NCBI GenBank assembly: GCA_963785725.1
Contig: CAWAWS010000015.1
Coordinates: 382,794-446,793, forward strand
Source of the DNA: an uncultured delta proteobacterium
GTDB taxonomy: Bacteria > Myxococcota_A > Polyangia > Palsa-1104
Length of the DNA: 64,000 nucleotides
Direction: 5' to 3'
Both the position numbers and the translations under genes were made by a program. The notes under the pieces were generated by a model, which worked only from the letters and a program-made list of their open reading frames with translations, was not told the DNA's origin and did not search any database. Numbering within the stretch: position 1 is the stretch's first letter; the number at the start of each line of letters is the position of its first letter. This document shows positions 51,177 to 61,646 of the stretch, piece by piece.

Positions 51177-52827
51177 GATGCGGCACGCGCGGTCCGTGCG
51201 CGGCCGCGAAGTCGAGCGCCTCGGGGTAGCCGGCGTCGGCGTGGCGCAAGACGCCCATCGCCGGATCGGTCTGCAAGACGCGCTCGAGCCGCTTGGCGGC
51301 CGCGTCGGTGCCGTCGGCGAGCACGACCATGCCGGCGTGCTGCGAGTAGCCCATGCCGACGCCGCCGCCGTGATGCACGCTGACCCACGTCGCGCCGGCC
51401 GCGCAGTTGACCAGCGCGTTCAGGAAGACCCAGTCGCTGACCGCGTCCGAGCCGTCGCGCATGGCCTCGGTCTCGCGGTTCGGCGACGCCACCGAGCCGG
51501 AGTCGAGATGGTCGCGCCCGATGACGATCGGCGCTTTGACTCTGCCCGTCTTCACCAGCTCGTTGAACTTGAGGCCGGCTTTATGACGCTCGCCGTAGCC
51601 GAGCCAACAGATGCGCGCCGGCAGCCCTTGAAACTGCACGCGCTCCTTGGCCAACGTCAGCCAGCGCCGCAGATGCGCGTTGTCGGGGAACAGCTCCAAG
51701 ATCGCCTGATCGGTGACCGCGATGTCGTTCGGGTCGCCCGACAGCGCCGCCCAGCGGAACGGCCCTTTGCCCTCGCAAAACAGCGGCCGAATGTAGGCCG
51801 GCACGAACCCGGGGATATCGGCGAAGCCATCGACGCCGGCGAGCACGGCTTGGCCGCGCAAGTTGTTGCCGTAGTCGAAGACGTGCGAGCCCATGCGCTT
51901 GAGATCGATCATGGCGCGGATGTGCTCGGCCATCGAACGGCGCGCCAGCTCGATGTACTCCTTTTGATCGCGCTGCCGCAGCGTCTCGGCCTGACCGAGC
52001 TCGACGCCCGCCGGCAAATAGCCGCGCAAGGGATCGTGCGCCGACGTTTGATCGGTCACGAGATCGGGCACGACGCCGCGCCGCACCAGCTCCGGCAGGA
52101 CGCGGGCGCAGTTGCCCTCGAGGCCGACCGACAGCGCCCGCCCTTCGGCCTGCGCCTTTCTGCAGCGCGCCAGCGCGTCGTCGAGATCGCGCGCCTGCTC
52201 GTCGAGATAGCGCGTCTCCAAGCGGCGCTGGATGCGCGTCGGATCGACGTCGATGCCGAGGAAGACGCCGCCGTTCATCGTGACCGCCAGCGGCTGCGCG
52301 CCGCCCATGCCGCCGAGGCCGCCCGAGACGACGAGCTTGCCCTGCAAGGTCGCGTTGGGGCCGTAATGCACCTTCGCCGCCGACGCGAACGTCTCGTACG
52401 TGCCCTGCAAAATGCCCTGCGTGCCGATGTAGATCCACGAGCCCGCGGTCATCTGCCCGTACATCATCAGGCCCGCTTTCTCGAGCTCCCAAAACTTCTC
52501 CCACGTCGCCCAATGCGGCACGAGGTTGGAGTTGGCGATGAGCACGCGCGGCGCATCGACGTGCGTGCGCAGGACGCCGACCGCTTTTCCCGACTGCACG
52601 AGCAGCGTCTCGTCGTCGCCGAGGTTCTCGAGCTCGCGCACGATGACGTCGAACGCCTCCCAGCTGCGCGCCGCCTTGCCGGTGCCGCCGTAGACGACGA
52701 GATCCTGCGGCCGCTCGGCCACGTCGGGATCGAGGTTGTTCATGAGCATGCGCAGCGCCGCCTCTTGCGGCCAACCCTTACAGCGCAGCGTCGTTCCGTG
52801 CGGCGCGCGAACCGTTCGTGGCGTCAT
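51169..52827 (-). CDS. hutU: Urocanate hydratase
   Basis: [54 protein letters not shown]. Confidence 0.98.
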   Translation of the reverse strand: MTPRTVRAPHGTTLRCKGWPQEAALRMLMNNLDPDVAERPQDLVVYGGTGKAARSWEAFDVIVRELENLGDDETLLVQSGKAVGVLRTHVDAPRVLIANSNLVPHWATWEKFWELEKAGLMMYGQMTAGSWIYIGTQGILQGTYETFASAAKVHYGPNATLQGKLVVSGGLGGMGGAQPLAVTMNGGVFLGIDVDPTRIQRRLETRYLDEQARDLDDALARCRKAQAEGRALSVGLEGNCARVLPELVRRGVVPDLVTDQTSAHDPLRGYLPAGVELGQAETLRQRDQKEYIELARRSMAEHIRAMIDLKRMGSHVFDYGNNLRGQAVLAGVDGFADIPGFVPAYIRPLFCEGKGPFRWAALSGDPNDIAVTDQAILELFPDNAHLRRWLTLAKERVQFQGLPARICWLGYGERHKAGLKFNELVKTGRVKAPIVIGRDHLDSGSVASPNRETEAMRDGSDAVSDWVFLNALVNCAAGATWVSVHHGGGVGMGYSQHAGMVVLADGTDAAAKRLERVLQTDPAMGVLRHADAGYPEALDFAAAHGPRVPHHE

Positions 52828-52861
52828 GGCGCGCACCTTACCAAATGTTACATTCGGAAGG

Positions 52862-53233
52862 GTGTTACGACGGATTCATCACGCGCAGATCCTGATTCCC
52901 GCCGGTCGCGAAGCCGAGGCGCGTCAATTTTACTGCCGGCTGCTCGGCCTCGTCGAAGTCGACAAGCCGGCGACGTTGAAGGCGCGCGGCGGCTTCTGGC
53001 TCGCCATCGGTGACGCGCAGCAGCTCCACGTCGGCGTCGAAGCCGACTTCGCCGATCGCTCGGGCACGCGCGAGCACGTGGCCTACGAAGTGGACGACTT
53101 GGAGGCCGAGCGCGCCCGCCTCGTCAGCGCCGGCATCCCCGTCAAAATCGGGAGCGAAGTCCCCGGCTATTTGCGCTGCGAATTGCGCGATCCGTTCGGC
53201 AACCGCATCGAGCTGATGCAGCCGATCGACTAA
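52862..53233 (+). CDS. VOC/glyoxalase family protein
   Basis: [37 protein letters not shown]. Confidence 0.9.
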   Translation: MLRRIHHAQILIPAGREAEARQFYCRLLGLVEVDKPATLKARGGFWLAIGDAQQLHVGVEADFADRSGTREHVAYEVDDLEAERARLVSAGIPVKIGSEVPGYLRCELRDPFGNRIELMQPID

Positions 53234-54738
53234 GCCACGAGGCGGGAAGCGGCGACGGCGGCGAGGCTCATGATCGAGTGCTGCGGGTTGACGCCGGTGT
53301 TCGTCGGAAACACGCTCGCGTCCATGACGTAGAGCCGGTCGGTGCCGTGCACTTTGAGCTGCGGGTCGACGACGCTGGCGCCGGGATCGCGGCCGGCGCG
53401 GCAGCCGCCGAACAGGTGCGTCATGACCATGCTGTAGGCGCGCGGATCGAGTGGCGCCGCGTCGAACAGGCCGAGCTGCGACGGCGACGTGATCGTCTCG
53501 GGCAGCCCGGCGATGCCGCTGACGACTTCGCGGGCGCCGGCTGCGAAGTGCATCTCGGCCAGCTTACGCGCGCCTTGGCGCATGCGATCGAGGTCGCGAT
53601 CGGTCAAGTCGTAGCGGATCTTGTCGCCGAACAGGAGCGACGGGCGAATGTCGCCTTCGGCTTCCGCGCGCAACGCCAGCGCCCAGTTGGCCACGTAAGG
53701 CAGCTGCTGCAGCCGCTCGGCGAAGCGCGCCCCCGCGCCCGGCAACCGCGCCGCGGTCACCTCCGGCGGCACATTGATGGTCTCGAACTTGACACCCAAG
53801 GTGTCACGGAGGCCGTAGGCTTCGAAGCCCTGCGACGCGCCGGTCCATGCGTCGACGCGAGTGGGGTAGAGCCCCATGATCGCGGTGCCGGGATGGCCCA
53901 TGAAGTGGCGGCCGAGCGCGCGCGTGCGGAGCCCCGAGCGCCACAACAGGTTCGACGACTGGATGACGCCGCCGGCGACGATGACGCCGCGGCGCGCGCT
54001 CAAGCGGAACTTCTGGCTCGTCTCGGGGCCGTCGCCGCCGACGTGGCCGATGACGGCTTGCACGCGTCCTCCGCGCAGCTCGACGCGCTCGACGCGCGCC
54101 TGCGACACGACGACGGCGCCGTCCGCGACCGCGCGCACCAGCGTCGAGACGGCGGTCGACTGCTTGGCGGCGTTGGGGCAGCCGTGCAAGCAGCGGCCGG
54201 AGCCGCGGCAGTCGCGATCGTAACGGCGGATGAAGCGCGCCTCGATGCCGACCGCCTGCGCGGCCGTGCGCATGAGCAGATCTTGGCGGCCGGCAGTGAC
54301 GCCTTCGACGACGGGGCGAACCGACATCTCGTCCTCGAAGCGGGCGGCCCATTCGTCGAGGTCGCGCTCCGAGTAGTTGGCGAGGCCGAACTCGTCGTGC
54401 CAGCGCTTCAAGATGGCGGCGGGCAAGCGCCAGACGATGGCGGAGTTGACGAAGGTCGTGCCGCCGACGGCGCGGCCTTGCAGGATCGGCGTCGTCGCGC
54501 GGCCGAAGGCGACCTGCTTGCCTTGCGCGCGAAAGAGCCGCGCCATCGATTGGCCGGCGTTGGTGCCGACGCTCTTGGCGTCGACGCGCGGGCCCTCTTC
54601 GAGCACGCAGACGCTGGCGCCCGACGCGGCCAAGACGCGCGCCGCCGCCGAGCCGCCGGCGCCCGAGCCGATGATGACGAAGTCGAAGTCGGCGACGGGC
54701 ACGCCGGCGGAGGCGGCGTCGATGAAGCCGCCCTTCAC
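53230..54738 (-). CDS. GMC family oxidoreductase
   Basis: IIGSGAGG, GRAVGGTTFVN, C.GSGRC..GCP..AKQS, HLFGGCR, DASVFPT..GVNP; GTG 54738 overlaps the upstream stop. Confidence 0.92.
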   Translation of the reverse strand: MKGGFIDAASAGVPVADFDFVIIGSGAGGSAAARVLAASGASVCVLEEGPRVDAKSVGTNAGQSMARLFRAQGKQVAFGRATTPILQGRAVGGTTFVNSAIVWRLPAAILKRWHDEFGLANYSERDLDEWAARFEDEMSVRPVVEGVTAGRQDLLMRTAAQAVGIEARFIRRYDRDCRGSGRCLHGCPNAAKQSTAVSTLVRAVADGAVVVSQARVERVELRGGRVQAVIGHVGGDGPETSQKFRLSARRGVIVAGGVIQSSNLLWRSGLRTRALGRHFMGHPGTAIMGLYPTRVDAWTGASQGFEAYGLRDTLGVKFETINVPPEVTAARLPGAGARFAERLQQLPYVANWALALRAEAEGDIRPSLLFGDKIRYDLTDRDLDRMRQGARKLAEMHFAAGAREVVSGIAGLPETITSPSQLGLFDAAPLDPRAYSMVMTHLFGGCRAGRDPGASVVDPQLKVHGTDRLYVMDASVFPTNTGVNPQHSIMSLAAVAASRLVA

Positions 54739-55145
54739 GACGCGCTCCGACGAGCCAAGGGCGGCGCCAAGTCGTAAGCGCCCAGCTGCGCCAGCGTCGA
54801 CTCGTCGCACAGGAGCACCTGACACAAGAGCAGCTTCAGGAACACGGCCGACGTGCGCACGAGATAGACCCGATGCGCCAGTAAGCGTTCGAGCAGCCGC
54901 GCCTGCGCGTCCGCGTCGAGGCTGCCGAACAGGCGCGGGCGCGCCATGAGCCACAAGGGCGCCAGCCAGGCGATCCACAGCGACAGACGCATGACGATCG
55001 CGGCGTGCCACGGCGAGGTCGCGCACTCCTCGGCGTAGCGCGCGCCGGCGTCGATGCCGTCCAAAGCTCCGTCGAGCGCACCTTCGGGGACGAAGGCGCG
55101 GCCGATGACGCGGGCCCAGTCGATTTCGAACGGCAGCAAATTCAT
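54735..55145 (-). CDS. Small helical partner of the GMC oxidoreductase (gluconate-2-dehydrogenase subunit 3-like)
   Basis: Translationally coupled to the GMC gene; FGSLDADAQARLLERL motif. Confidence 0.65.
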   Translation of the reverse strand: MNLLPFEIDWARVIGRAFVPEGALDGALDGIDAGARYAEECATSPWHAAIVMRLSLWIAWLAPLWLMARPRLFGSLDADAQARLLERLLAHRVYLVRTSAVFLKLLLCQVLLCDESTLAQLGAYDLAPPLARRSAS

Positions 55146-55164
55146 GCCGTCACTATAGCCGTGT

Positions 55165-55695
55165 TTATGCGGCGACGAGGGGCATCAACGCGCGCAGCAG
55201 CGCCGGCCGATAGACCGGATCCTTCTCCGTCAAGGTGATGCGACGTCCGGCGATGTCGAGCGTCAAATAAAGCTCTCCGCCTTCGCAAAATAGTTTGAGG
55301 TGCAGCGCGAACGGAGACAGCTCGTCGCCGTCGCGCGACAAGAGCAGCGCCGCGAAGCGCGCCTCTTTGGGCGCGCTGCCGCGGCCGAACAGCTTGCGCC
55401 AGCGCGAGCGCGGCGGGATCGACGGCTGATTCCACGCCGTCGCCGCCGCCTCGACGAAGCGATCGGTGGCGATGCCGAGCGAGCGCAAGACGACGGCGCG
55501 CTCGACCGGTCGCGCCAGCGGGTTGATGGCGCCACCGACGCGCGACGGCTGCAGTCCGCCGCGCACGGCCAGCGTGAACGCCGCCTCCAAGCCGTGCGCC
55601 GTATTGCGCGCCAGCGTCGCCACCGCGCCATCCTCGGCGACGAACAGCTCGTCGGCCGCCATTACGAGCTCGGTCGTGGGCTCGTCGGACGTCAC
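55165..55695 (-). CDS. Hypothetical protein
   Basis: 176-aa ORF starting 5 bp after the hutH stop; normal codon usage. Confidence 0.65.
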   Translation of the reverse strand: MTSDEPTTELVMAADELFVAEDGAVATLARNTAHGLEAAFTLAVRGGLQPSRVGGAINPLARPVERAVVLRSLGIATDRFVEAAATAWNQPSIPPRSRWRKLFGRGSAPKEARFAALLLSRDGDELSPFALHLKLFCEGGELYLTLDIAGRRITLTEKDPVYRPALLRALMPLVAA

Positions 55696-55700
55696 AGCCG

Positions 55701-57233
55701 TTACTCGAGCTCCATATGCTTGCGCACGGCGTTCACGATCGAGCCATCATCCAGCAGCGCGCGCACTTTGACCAGATCGCGATAGACGGGCCGATCGGTG
55801 CCGAGCGTGGGCACGTGGGCGCGCAGCGCGTCGTGCGCCGCCGCCAGCGCCGGCCCCGGCCGATGCGGCGCGCGCAGATCCACGCCTTGCGCCGCGCACA
55901 ACAGCTCGATGCTGAGCGCGTGGCGCACGTTGTCGACGATGCGCGCCAGCTTGTCCGCCGCGTGCACGCCCATCGAGACGTGATCCTCGCGGCCTGCCGA
56001 CGACGGGATCGAATCGACGGACGCCGGATGGGCCAAGATCTTGTTCTCGCTCACGAGCGCCGCCGCCGTCACTTGCGCCATCATATACCCGCTGTTGAGC
56101 CCGGAGTCGGGCGTCAAGAAGGCGGGCAAGCCCGAGGACAAGTGCGGATTGACCAGCTGCTCGATGCGGCGCTCGCCGATATTGGCCAGCTCGGCCGCGG
56201 CGATTCCGGCGAAGTCGAGCGCCAGCGCCACCGGCTGGCCGTGAAAGTTTCCGCCCGAAATCATCTCGTCGGTGTCGGCGAACACGAGCGGATTGTCCGT
56301 CGCCGACGAGGCCTCGCGCTCGAGCACTTGGCGCGCGTAAGCGAGCGCGTCGCGGCTGGCGCCATGCACCTGCGGCATACAGCGTAAGGAGTAGGCGTCC
56401 TGCACCTTGCCGCAGTCTTTGTGGGACGCGACGATGCCGGAATCGGCCAGCAGGCGCACCAAGTTGCGCGCCGAGGCCGCCTGGCCGGGATGCGGGCGCA
56501 CGGCGTGGATGCGCGGATCGAACGCGCGCGGCGTGCCTTTGAGCGCTTCCAGCGACAGGGCGCCGATGATGTCGGCCAGTCGCGCCGCGTCCTCGGCGTC
56601 GATGAGCGCCAGCGCGCCGATGGCGGTCATACACTGTGTGCCGTTGACGAGGCTGATGCCCTCCTTGGCCTCGAAGGCGATGGGTTTGAGGCCCACTTTG
56701 GCGAGCGCGTCGCCGCCGTCGAGCAGCTGGCCGTCGACGATCGCTTCGCCTTCGCCCATGACGACCATCGCCAGGTGCGCCAGCGGCGCCAGATCGCCCG
56801 ACGCGCCCACCGATCCTTTGGACGGGATGACCGGATGGACGCCGCGATTGAGCATCTCCAGCAGCAAATCGGCCACTTCGGCGCGCACCCCCGAGTGGCC
56901 GAGCGACAGGACCTGCGCGCGCAAGAGCATCATCCCGCGCACGACCGGCTCCGGCAGCGGCGCGCCCACCCCGACCGCGTGCGAGCGGATGAGGTTGCGC
57001 TGCAAGTTGCGGATGTCGTCGGCGGAGATGCGCACGTCGGCCAAGAAGCCGAAGCCGGTGTTGACGCCGTAAACGGCCGGCGCCGCGTCGCCGCCTTGCT
57101 GGATTCGGTCGACCACGAGCCGCGCGGCGTCGATGCGGGCGCGGGCGTCGGCGCCGAGTCGTACCTTGTCGCCGCCGCGCGCCACGCGGGCAATCGCTTC
57201 CAGGGTCAAACGGTCGTCGCCGAGCGTATGCAT
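55701..57233 (-). CDS. hutH: Histidine ammonia-lyase
   Basis: YGVNTGFG, MIO motif GSVGASGDLAPL, VQDAYSLRC, GGNFHG, EDHVSMG. Confidence 0.97.
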   Translation of the reverse strand: MHTLGDDRLTLEAIARVARGGDKVRLGADARARIDAARLVVDRIQQGGDAAPAVYGVNTGFGFLADVRISADDIRNLQRNLIRSHAVGVGAPLPEPVVRGMMLLRAQVLSLGHSGVRAEVADLLLEMLNRGVHPVIPSKGSVGASGDLAPLAHLAMVVMGEGEAIVDGQLLDGGDALAKVGLKPIAFEAKEGISLVNGTQCMTAIGALALIDAEDAARLADIIGALSLEALKGTPRAFDPRIHAVRPHPGQAASARNLVRLLADSGIVASHKDCGKVQDAYSLRCMPQVHGASRDALAYARQVLEREASSATDNPLVFADTDEMISGGNFHGQPVALALDFAGIAAAELANIGERRIEQLVNPHLSSGLPAFLTPDSGLNSGYMMAQVTAAALVSENKILAHPASVDSIPSSAGREDHVSMGVHAADKLARIVDNVRHALSIELLCAAQGVDLRAPHRPGPALAAAHDALRAHVPTLGTDRPVYRDLVKVRALLDDGSIVNAVRKHMELE

Positions 57234-57240
57234 GCGCGCT

Positions 57241-57269
57241 TTGGTAGCCGAGCCCTAACCCGCCGTCAA
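57241..57269 (-). promoter_or_regulatory. Sigma70-type promoter of hutH (leaderless)
   Basis: TTGACG-17 nt-TACCAA, 7 nt before ATG; no SD. Confidence 0.5.
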
Positions 57270-57338
57270 GAACGGGGAAACCCGTTGCTTATCGGACGAT
57301 GCTCTATACAATGGACGGCCGAGGACCCGCGCCCGCCC

Positions 57339-60300
57339 ATGTCGACTGAGAAGGACGGCACAGAGGTGCCGCCGCCGCCGGACTCCGCCGAAGACGAAAC
57401 CTTCGACGACGTCACTCATGTCAAGCCGTTGCAGCCACCGCCGGGGGCCGCGGATTCGGCTCGCGTGCGGCTGGAGGCGCTGTCGGCCGAGCTCGACAAC
57501 CGCCCCGCGCCGCCGCCGCCCGTCGCTGCCGATGAGGCGGCCGACGCCGAGCCCGAGACGCTGGGCGACGACGAAGTGGTGGAAGAGGTCGCCGAAGAGG
57601 AAGTCCAAGAGTTCGACGCCGACGACCTGGACGAGCAGCCGAGCGTCGCCGCGCCGCCGCCCGTCGCCGCGCTCGACCGCGCCATCGCCGACGCCGAGCG
57701 CATGCTGGGCGACGAGGCGCATCACCGACTGAGCGCGCTCTACGAACGCGAGCTGGAGGCGCTAGCCAAAGGCGAGCCCGACAAGGCGCGCACGGCGCTC
57801 TATCAGCACGAGATCGGCGAGTTGACCGAGACCGGCGCCGGCGACGAGGGCGCGGCCGTCAAAGCCTACGCCAAGGCGCTGCAGTCGGACGCGACGCTGA
57901 AGCCGAACTTGTGGGCCATCGGTCGCGTGTTCGAGCGCCGCGCGCTGTGGCCCAATCTGCAGAAGCTGCTCGACGCCGAGATCCGTTTCGCGCGCACGCC
58001 CGAAGAGAAGGCCGAGCTGCTGACGGAAAAGGGCGTGCTGCTCGAGGAGCGGCTCGACGATGCCGCGGGCGCGCTCGAGTGTTACCAAAAGGCGGTCGAA
58101 GCGTCGCCGCAAGCGCTGGCGGCGTGGATGGCGCTCGAGCGCATCTTCGCGCAGCAGCAGGACTTGGCGAGCTTGGCGCGCATCTATCGCGGCATGGCCG
58201 ACGCCACGGCCGAGCCGGCGCGCAAAGTGGCGCTGCTGATCGATCTGGCGCGGCTGCAAGACAGCCTGCAAGGCGGCGGTCCCGACGAAGCGCACGCGCT
58301 CTTGCGCGAGGCGTTGGCCATCGGCGTCGACGGCGATCGCGTGCTCGACGAGCTGGAGCGGCTGGCCGAGCAGGCTGGCGGCGACGGTCATTACGACATG
58401 GTCGCGCTGCTCGACGAGCGCGCCGTTCGTCTGCAAGAGCGCGCCGCCGGCCTGCCCATCGAGCAGCGCATCCGCGCGGCCGAGCGGCTCGTGTCCATTC
58501 GTCGCCGGCAAGCGCAGATCGCGCGGGTTCGCGGCGAGGACGAGCGCGCCTGGATCGCGCTGCAGTCGGCGCTGCAAGTGGCGCCGGGCGAGATGCTCGT
58601 CGTGCGCGAGTTGGGCGAGCTGGCCGAGGTGCTCGGTCGCTGGGACGATCTGGCCGACCTCTTGGCCGCGCGCGTCGAAGCGGCGCCGCCGACGCGCAAG
58701 ATCGCGCTCCGTCTCGAGCGCGCCGAAGCGCTGCGCCGCGCCGGCAAGTTCGCCGAAGCCGACGCCGTCGAGGCGGAAGTGGCGCGCGACGAGCCGGGCC
58801 ATCTCGGCCTCTTGGTCTCGCGCGAACGCGCGGCGCTGGCGACGCGCGACTGGGAGCGGCTGGCGTCGTTGTGGCAAGCCGAGGCCGAGCTCGCCAACAG
58901 CGACGGCACGCCGACGGGCACGCCCGATCCCATCTGGGCGGCGACGGCGCTCGTGCAAGCGGCGGCGGCGCTGGCCGACCACCTGCAACGCGACACCGAG
59001 GCGCACAAGGCACTCGGTGACGCGCTGACGCTGGTGCCGCACTTCGCGCCCGCCGTCGACGCGCTGGAGCGGCTGTACGCGCGCACCGGCAAGCACTTCG
59101 AATACGCGGCGCTGCTCGAGAGCGAGCTCGAGCACTCGCCGTCGCCGGCGCGCGCCGAGCGGCTCCTCGAGCAGCTCATCGGCGAACGCGAGGCGCTCGA
59201 CGACACGGCGGGCGCGGCCCAGGCGGCGCGCCGGCTCGTCGCCTTGCGTCCCGACGACGTGCGGCTGCGCGTGCGGCTCTACGATCTCGATCGCGCCGCG
59301 CAGAAGCTCAAAGAGGCGAGCGACGATCTGGTCGAGCTGGCCGCGCTGTTGCCCGAAGAGCGCCGCGTCGACGTGCTCTTGGATCGCGCCGATCTGCTCG
59401 AGCATCGGCTGAACGATCCGGTCGGCGCCGCGGCCGCGTATCGCGAAGTGCTCGTTCTGCGGCCGGGCGACGCGCGCGCGGCGCAGGCGTTCGAGTCGCT
59501 GTCGCGGCGGCGCGCCAAGGATTCGGGACCGCACGAAGCGCCGTCGCCGCAGGCGTGGGACGATCTGGCGTCGGCCTTGCGTCGCGAGGCGCAGTCGTCG
59601 CTGAGCCAGGAGCGCATCAGCCACGCGCTCTTGAAGCTGGGCGAAATTCACGAGCGCGAGCGGCACCACTTCGGCGACGCGGCGCAGGCCTATCGCGATC
59701 TCCTCGATCGCGCGCCTGGCCAGGCGGCGGCGCTGCGCGGTCTGCAGCGGGCGCAGCGCGGGCTCGGCGACGATGCCGCGCGCGCCGAGACGATGGAGCA
59801 AGAGGCCGAGGCGCTGCCGCTCGAGTCGCGCGGCGAGCTCTTGGTGCAGCTCGGCGAGCTGTTCGAAGATGGCCTCGGGCAGCCCGAGCGCGCCGACGAC
59901 GCTTACAGCCGCGCGCTCGAAGCCAGCCCGACGGCGCACGCCGCGCTCGGCAAATTGCGCACGGCCGTGCGGGCGCGCGAGCCGGGCGCGATCGCCGAAG
60001 CCATCGGCCGCCTCGACAGCTACGTCGGCGCCGAATATCCGACGAACGACAACGGCGCCGCGCGCGCCGTCCTGCTCGACGAGCGCAGCGAGCTCGGCCG
60101 CCTCGCCGGCGATCAAGACGCGATCGCCCGGCTGGCCACCGAAGCGCTGGCGCTCGATCCGCACGCGCGGCTGCCCTGGCGCATGCGGGCGCGACTGGCG
60201 GCGCAGGCGCAGCAGGCGCTGGCCCTCGGCGACGCGTTGGCGGCGCTGGCCGAGCGCGCCGGCGATCCGGCGCTGCAGTCGGCCTTGGCGCGCCGCGCGG

Positions 60301-61646
60301 GCCTGTTGGCGCTGGCCTCCGGCGACGACTCGGGCGCGACCCAGATCAAAGTGCACGAACGGCTGCGCCAGGCGCACGCGCTGACGCCGTCGGACTCAGC
60401 GGCGCTGGTGGCGTTGTGCGACGTCGTCGTCGATCCCGATGCGCTCGGTGCGCGCGGCAAGCTGGCGGAAGGCCCGGCGCAGCTCGAGTGGCTCGTCGAG
60501 CACGCCGAGTCGCTGGAGGCGGTCGGTCGCCTCGCCGAAGCCGCGCAGGCGCTGTCCCGCGCGCTCGAGCTCGACGGCAAATACCTGCCGGCGCTGGAGC
60601 TGGCGCGCCGCTTGGCCCGCGCCGGCGGTGACGACAAGAGCTACGCCGCCGCGACCGCGCGCTTGGCCGGCGAGATCCTCGAAGGCGAGCGCGCGGCGTC
60701 GATTTATCGCGAGGCGGCGCTGGCGTTCGAGCGCGGCGGCGCGCGCAAAGAGGCCGCGGTCGCCTGGCGCGCCGTCCTCGATCGCACGCCGCTCGACGGT
60801 CAGGCCTTCAACCAAGCGCGCGACCTCATGCGGGCGCTGCACAAAGAGGAGTCGGCGCCCGGTCCGCTGGTCGAGCTGTACACGCATCGGCTGGAGCACG
60901 TGCGCGAGGCGGCCGATCGCGTGCGGCTCCTCGTCGAACGCTCGCAGCTGCTCGAGGACGAGGGCGATCGCGACCACGCGCAGCTCGACTTGCGCGCCGT
61001 CCTCGCGCTCGATCCGAGCCAGCCGGACGCGCTGCGCCGGCTCGGCGAGCTGCTGGCGGCGGTGCCGGCCGGTCGTGAAGAGGCGATCGTGCTCCTGTCG
61101 CGCTATCTCGAGGACGAGCACGATTGCGAGCGGCGACGGGCGGGGCTGTTGCGCTTGGCGGAGCTGCAAGAGGCGGCCGGTCGCGGCGAGGAGGCGGTGC
61201 ACCTGCTCGAGCAGACCATCGCGCTCGCGCCGACGCCGGTCGAGTCGCGCGGCGAGCACGAGAAGCTGGCGCAGCTGCTGGTGCGGCAGCGTCATTGGCA
61301 GCAGGCCGTCGACGTCCTGCGCAAGCTGGCCGACCTCTTCCCGGCCGGCAACGAGCGCGCCACGGTGGAAATTCGCGTGGCGACGATCTATCGCGAAGGC
61401 TTCGCCGATCCGCGCGCGGCCGTCGAGGCGCTGTTGCGCGCGCTGCGCTCGGATCCGCTGTCGATGGAGGCGCTCGGCAAGCTGATGCCGCTCGCCGACG
61501 CCGGCCACGTGCTGCCGATCGAGCTCGAGGAGAAGCTCGAGCGCGCCATCGACGAAGCGCGCGGTCAGGCGCTGGCGGCGCCGCTGGCCGTCGAGCCCTA
61601 TACGTCGTTGACGCGCTTGTGGGGCTGGCGCGGCGACGACGTATAG
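57339..61646 (+). CDS. Giant TPR-repeat protein with acidic Pro-rich N-terminus; truncated by the fold-back
   Basis: More than 1400 aa of repeated A..AY..AL...P....A..AL.R helical motifs; the stop codon falls at the inversion junction. Confidence 0.88.
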   Translation: MSTEKDGTEVPPPPDSAEDETFDDVTHVKPLQPPPGAADSARVRLEALSAELDNRPAPPPPVAADEAADAEPETLGDDEVVEEVAEEEVQEFDADDLDEQPSVAAPPPVAALDRAIADAERMLGDEAHHRLSALYERELEALAKGEPDKARTALYQHEIGELTETGAGDEGAAVKAYAKALQSDATLKPNLWAIGRVFERRALWPNLQKLLDAEIRFARTPEEKAELLTEKGVLLEERLDDAAGALECYQKAVEASPQALAAWMALERIFAQQQDLASLARIYRGMADATAEPARKVALLIDLARLQDSLQGGGPDEAHALLREALAIGVDGDRVLDELERLAEQAGGDGHYDMVALLDERAVRLQERAAGLPIEQRIRAAERLVSIRRRQAQIARVRGEDERAWIALQSALQVAPGEMLVVRELGELAEVLGRWDDLADLLAARVEAAPPTRKIALRLERAEALRRAGKFAEADAVEAEVARDEPGHLGLLVSRERAALATRDWERLASLWQAEAELANSDGTPTGTPDPIWAATALVQAAAALADHLQRDTEAHKALGDALTLVPHFAPAVDALERLYARTGKHFEYAALLESELEHSPSPARAERLLEQLIGEREALDDTAGAAQAARRLVALRPDDVRLRVRLYDLDRAAQKLKEASDDLVELAALLPEERRVDVLLDRADLLEHRLNDPVGAAAAYREVLVLRPGDARAAQAFESLSRRRAKDSGPHEAPSPQAWDDLASALRREAQSSLSQERISHALLKLGEIHERERHHFGDAAQAYRDLLDRAPGQAAALRGLQRAQRGLGDDAARAETMEQEAEALPLESRGELLVQLGELFEDGLGQPERADDAYSRALEASPTAHAALGKLRTAVRAREPGAIAEAIGRLDSYVGAEYPTNDNGAARAVLLDERSELGRLAGDQDAIARLATEALALDPHARLPWRMRARLAAQAQQALALGDALAALAERAGDPALQSALARRAGLLALASGDDSGATQIKVHERLRQAHALTPSDSAALVALCDVVVDPDALGARGKLAEGPAQLEWLVEHAESLEAVGRLAEAAQALSRALELDGKYLPALELARRLARAGGDDKSYAAATARLAGEILEGERAASIYREAALAFERGGARKEAAVAWRAVLDRTPLDGQAFNQARDLMRALHKEESAPGPLVELYTHRLEHVREAADRVRLLVERSQLLEDEGDRDHAQLDLRAVLALDPSQPDALRRLGELLAAVPAGREEAIVLLSRYLEDEHDCERRRAGLLRLAELQEAAGRGEEAVHLLEQTIALAPTPVESRGEHEKLAQLLVRQRHWQQAVDVLRKLADLFPAGNERATVEIRVATIYREGFADPRAAVEALLRALRSDPLSMEALGKLMPLADAGHVLPIELEEKLERAIDEARGQALAAPLAVEPYTSLTRLWGWRGDDV

